A stretch of DNA of 29,705 nt, counting the filler, from an uncultured virus (IMG/VR IMGVR_UViG_2061766007_000535) (Duplodnaviria; Heunggongvirae; Uroviricota; Caudoviricetes). It is 2 parts of one record of this genome, joined end to end, with 100 filler letters (N's around TTAATTAATTAA, not from the genome) between each part and the next. Parts side by side here need not be neighbours in the genome. Positions count along the whole stretch, not along the records: positions 7,157 to 29,705 come from IMGVR_UViG_2061766007_000535; 1 more part is not named here. One strand, written 5' to 3'. Positions within the stretch are counted from its first letter, which is position 1, and each line of letters begins with the position of its first letter. Made by a program: the position numbers and the translations under genes. Below, in pieces: positions 28,155 to 29,705 of this stretch. Under the pieces are notes generated by a model. That model was not told where the DNA came from. It saw only the letters and a program-made list of their open reading frames with translations, and made no database searches.

Positions 28155-28240
28155 AATCATCCCGTACAAATCTTCCCGTTCGGGATGATTATTGAGAATT
28201 TGAAGCGCAAACCAACGAAATCTTCCCGTTCGGGATGATT
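28155..28240. repeat. Two exact 23-bp quasi-palindromic direct repeats plus a half-site
   Basis: AAATCTTCCCGTTCGGGATGATT at 28168-28190 and 28218-28240; AATCATCCCG at 28155-28164. Confidence 0.85.
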
Positions 28241-28273
28241 CCATAACCTTTTTAACTCGAAAGNNNNNNNNNN

Positions 28274-29705
28274 GCCCGAACAGGTGAAGGCCTATCGCAT
28301 CGCCGACAACAAAACCGGCGAGCTCGCGGAATGGAACTACGACCTGCTCCCGTTCGAGATCAAAGACCTGCAGGACGCGAACTTCGACCTGTCCCTCCTG
28401 GGCTTCGANNNNNNNNNNGATCAAGGAGTTCGGCTGGCAGCAACCGATTGTAACGGACAAGGACATGACCGTTATCTGCGGCCACACGAGATTAAAGGCA
28501 GCAGAGCGCCTCGGACTGACGGAAGTCCCGGTTATCGTCGCTGACAACTTGACCCCCGAACAGGTCAAGGCATACCGCATTGCAGATAACAAGACCGGGG
28601 AGCTTGCNNNNNNNNNNCTCGCCGGACGCTGTGCCGGAAGCACCCGAAGTGGCCGTCAGCGTTCGGGGCGAGGTTTATCAACTCGGCGAACACAGGCTGA
28701 TGTGCGGGGACAGCACGGATGCAGCCGACACNNNNNNNNNNGGCCCTGCAGGGAAGCAACGGCCTGACCATCCAGAACGATGACATGCCGGATGCCGACT
28801 TCCGCAAATTCCTGAACAATGCGTTCAAGTGTGCTTCGGGCGTGATGGAGCCGGGAGCAGTGTTCTACATCTTCCATTCGGACAGCGAGTCCGCGAACTT
28901 CCGCCTCGCGGCGAAGGAGAACGACCTTGAGGTGCATGAGACGCTGTACTGGATCAAGAACAGTTTTGTGCTCGGAAGNNNNNNNNNNTGCGAAGGAGAA
29001 CGACCTGGATGTGCATGAGACTCTGTACTGGATCAAGAACAGTTTTGTGCTCGGAAGATTTGATTACCAATATCAGAGCGAGTCCGCTCTCTACGGATGG
29101 AAGCCCGGAGCCGCGCATCAGTGGTATTCCGACCGATGCCAGACGAACTTGCTCCACTACGACAAGCCGAAGTGCAATGACGCCCATCCCTCGATGAAGC
29201 CCGTCGAGATGCTCGTCTATCTCGTCCAGAACTCGTCCCGTCATGGGGAAATCGTCCTCGACAACTTCGGAGGTTCCGGCTCCACGCTGATNNNNNNNNN
29301 NAATCGTCCTTGACAACTTCGGCGGCTCCGGCTCGACGCTCATTGCTTGCGAACAGACCGGCCGCGTGTGCCGGATGATGGAACTGGACGAACACTATTG
29401 CGATGTCATCCGCCGCCGCTGGGCCGAATTCAAGTATGGCGAGGGCTGCGACTGGAAACGGATGACGNNNNNNNNNNGCTCGGAAGGTTTGATTACCACT
29501 ATTCGTCGGAGTCCGCCCTCTACGGTTGGAAGCCCGGCGCCGCGCATGCGTGGTATTCCGACCGCTGTCAGACGAATCTCCTGCACTACGATAAGCCGAA
29601 GTGCAACGACAAGCATCCCTCGATGAAGCCCGTCGAGATGCTGGTCTACCTCGTCCAGAACTCGTCCCGACATGGGGAGATCGTCCTCGACAACTTCGGC
29701 GGTAG
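28274..29705 (+). CDS. ParB-N-terminal plus N6-adenine/N4-cytosine DNA methyltransferase, shuffled allelic fragments (probable start fragment at 27431-27464)
   Basis: FGWQQPIV...CGHTRLKAA...AYRIADNK; HRLMCGDST; HPSMKPV; VLDNFGGSGSTLIACE; MELDEHYCDVI. Confidence 0.85.

Larger units (their letters stand above)
1..29705. mobile_element. Prophage-like element, early/replication-recombination and control region; several collapsed allelic copies
   Basis: Co-oriented, translationally coupled phage-type genes (exonuclease, AAA_24, DUF669, RusA, SF2 helicase, BRO-N, primase, ParB-methylase). No ends, integrase or structural genes lie in the window. Confidence 0.8.

Noticed and set aside
28168..28240. 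CRISPR array
   Set aside because: Only two repeats, no cas genes, and a position between divergent promoters that fits an operator better.
28274..29705. Methyltransferase pseudogene or multiple methylase genes
   Set aside because: The breaks coincide with N gaps and the fragments overlap as alleles of one gene; no internal stops were seen within the fragments checked.

Overview
The window is a fragmented assembly of a prophage-like (temperate phage or phage-derived integrative) element, covering its control and DNA replication/recombination region. It has dozens of 10-N gaps that join overlapping allelic fragments and one artificial 100-bp linker (N44-TTAATTAATTAA-N44, 7057-7156), so several related copies or strains are interleaved. 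The two longest gap-free stretches (7432-12932 and 14760-21312) give this consensus order: [C5 DNA methyltransferase <-] control region -> 763-aa unknown protein -> sigma-70-type factor -> PD-(D/E)XK exonuclease -> DGQHR-type ParB/Srx protein -> two tandem ParB-like paralogues -> AAA_24 (Sak4-like) ATPase -> small Cys/His protein -> DUF669 SSB-like -> RusA -> 72-aa HTH -> SF2 helicase -> two small ORFs -> BRO-N -> primase/helicase. Gapped fragments then add a candidate iteron origin, a variable slot (AAA_14-DUF4143 ATPase, XRE HTH with a histone-like tail) and a ParB-N6/N4 methyltransferase. No virion, terminase, integrase, RNA or CRISPR genes are visible. The most notable unexplained signals are (1) a 47-bp near-identical inverted motif pointing outward in front of both divergent operons and bracketing the sigma factor and the 763-aa gene, (2) duplicated palindromic operators, (3) a cluster of ATTCCCAA iterons in both orientations after the primase, (4) four ParB/Srx-fold genes with no parA, and (5) allele-specific HNH, HTH and cargo swaps. 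Family assignments are from motif recognition, not database searches.
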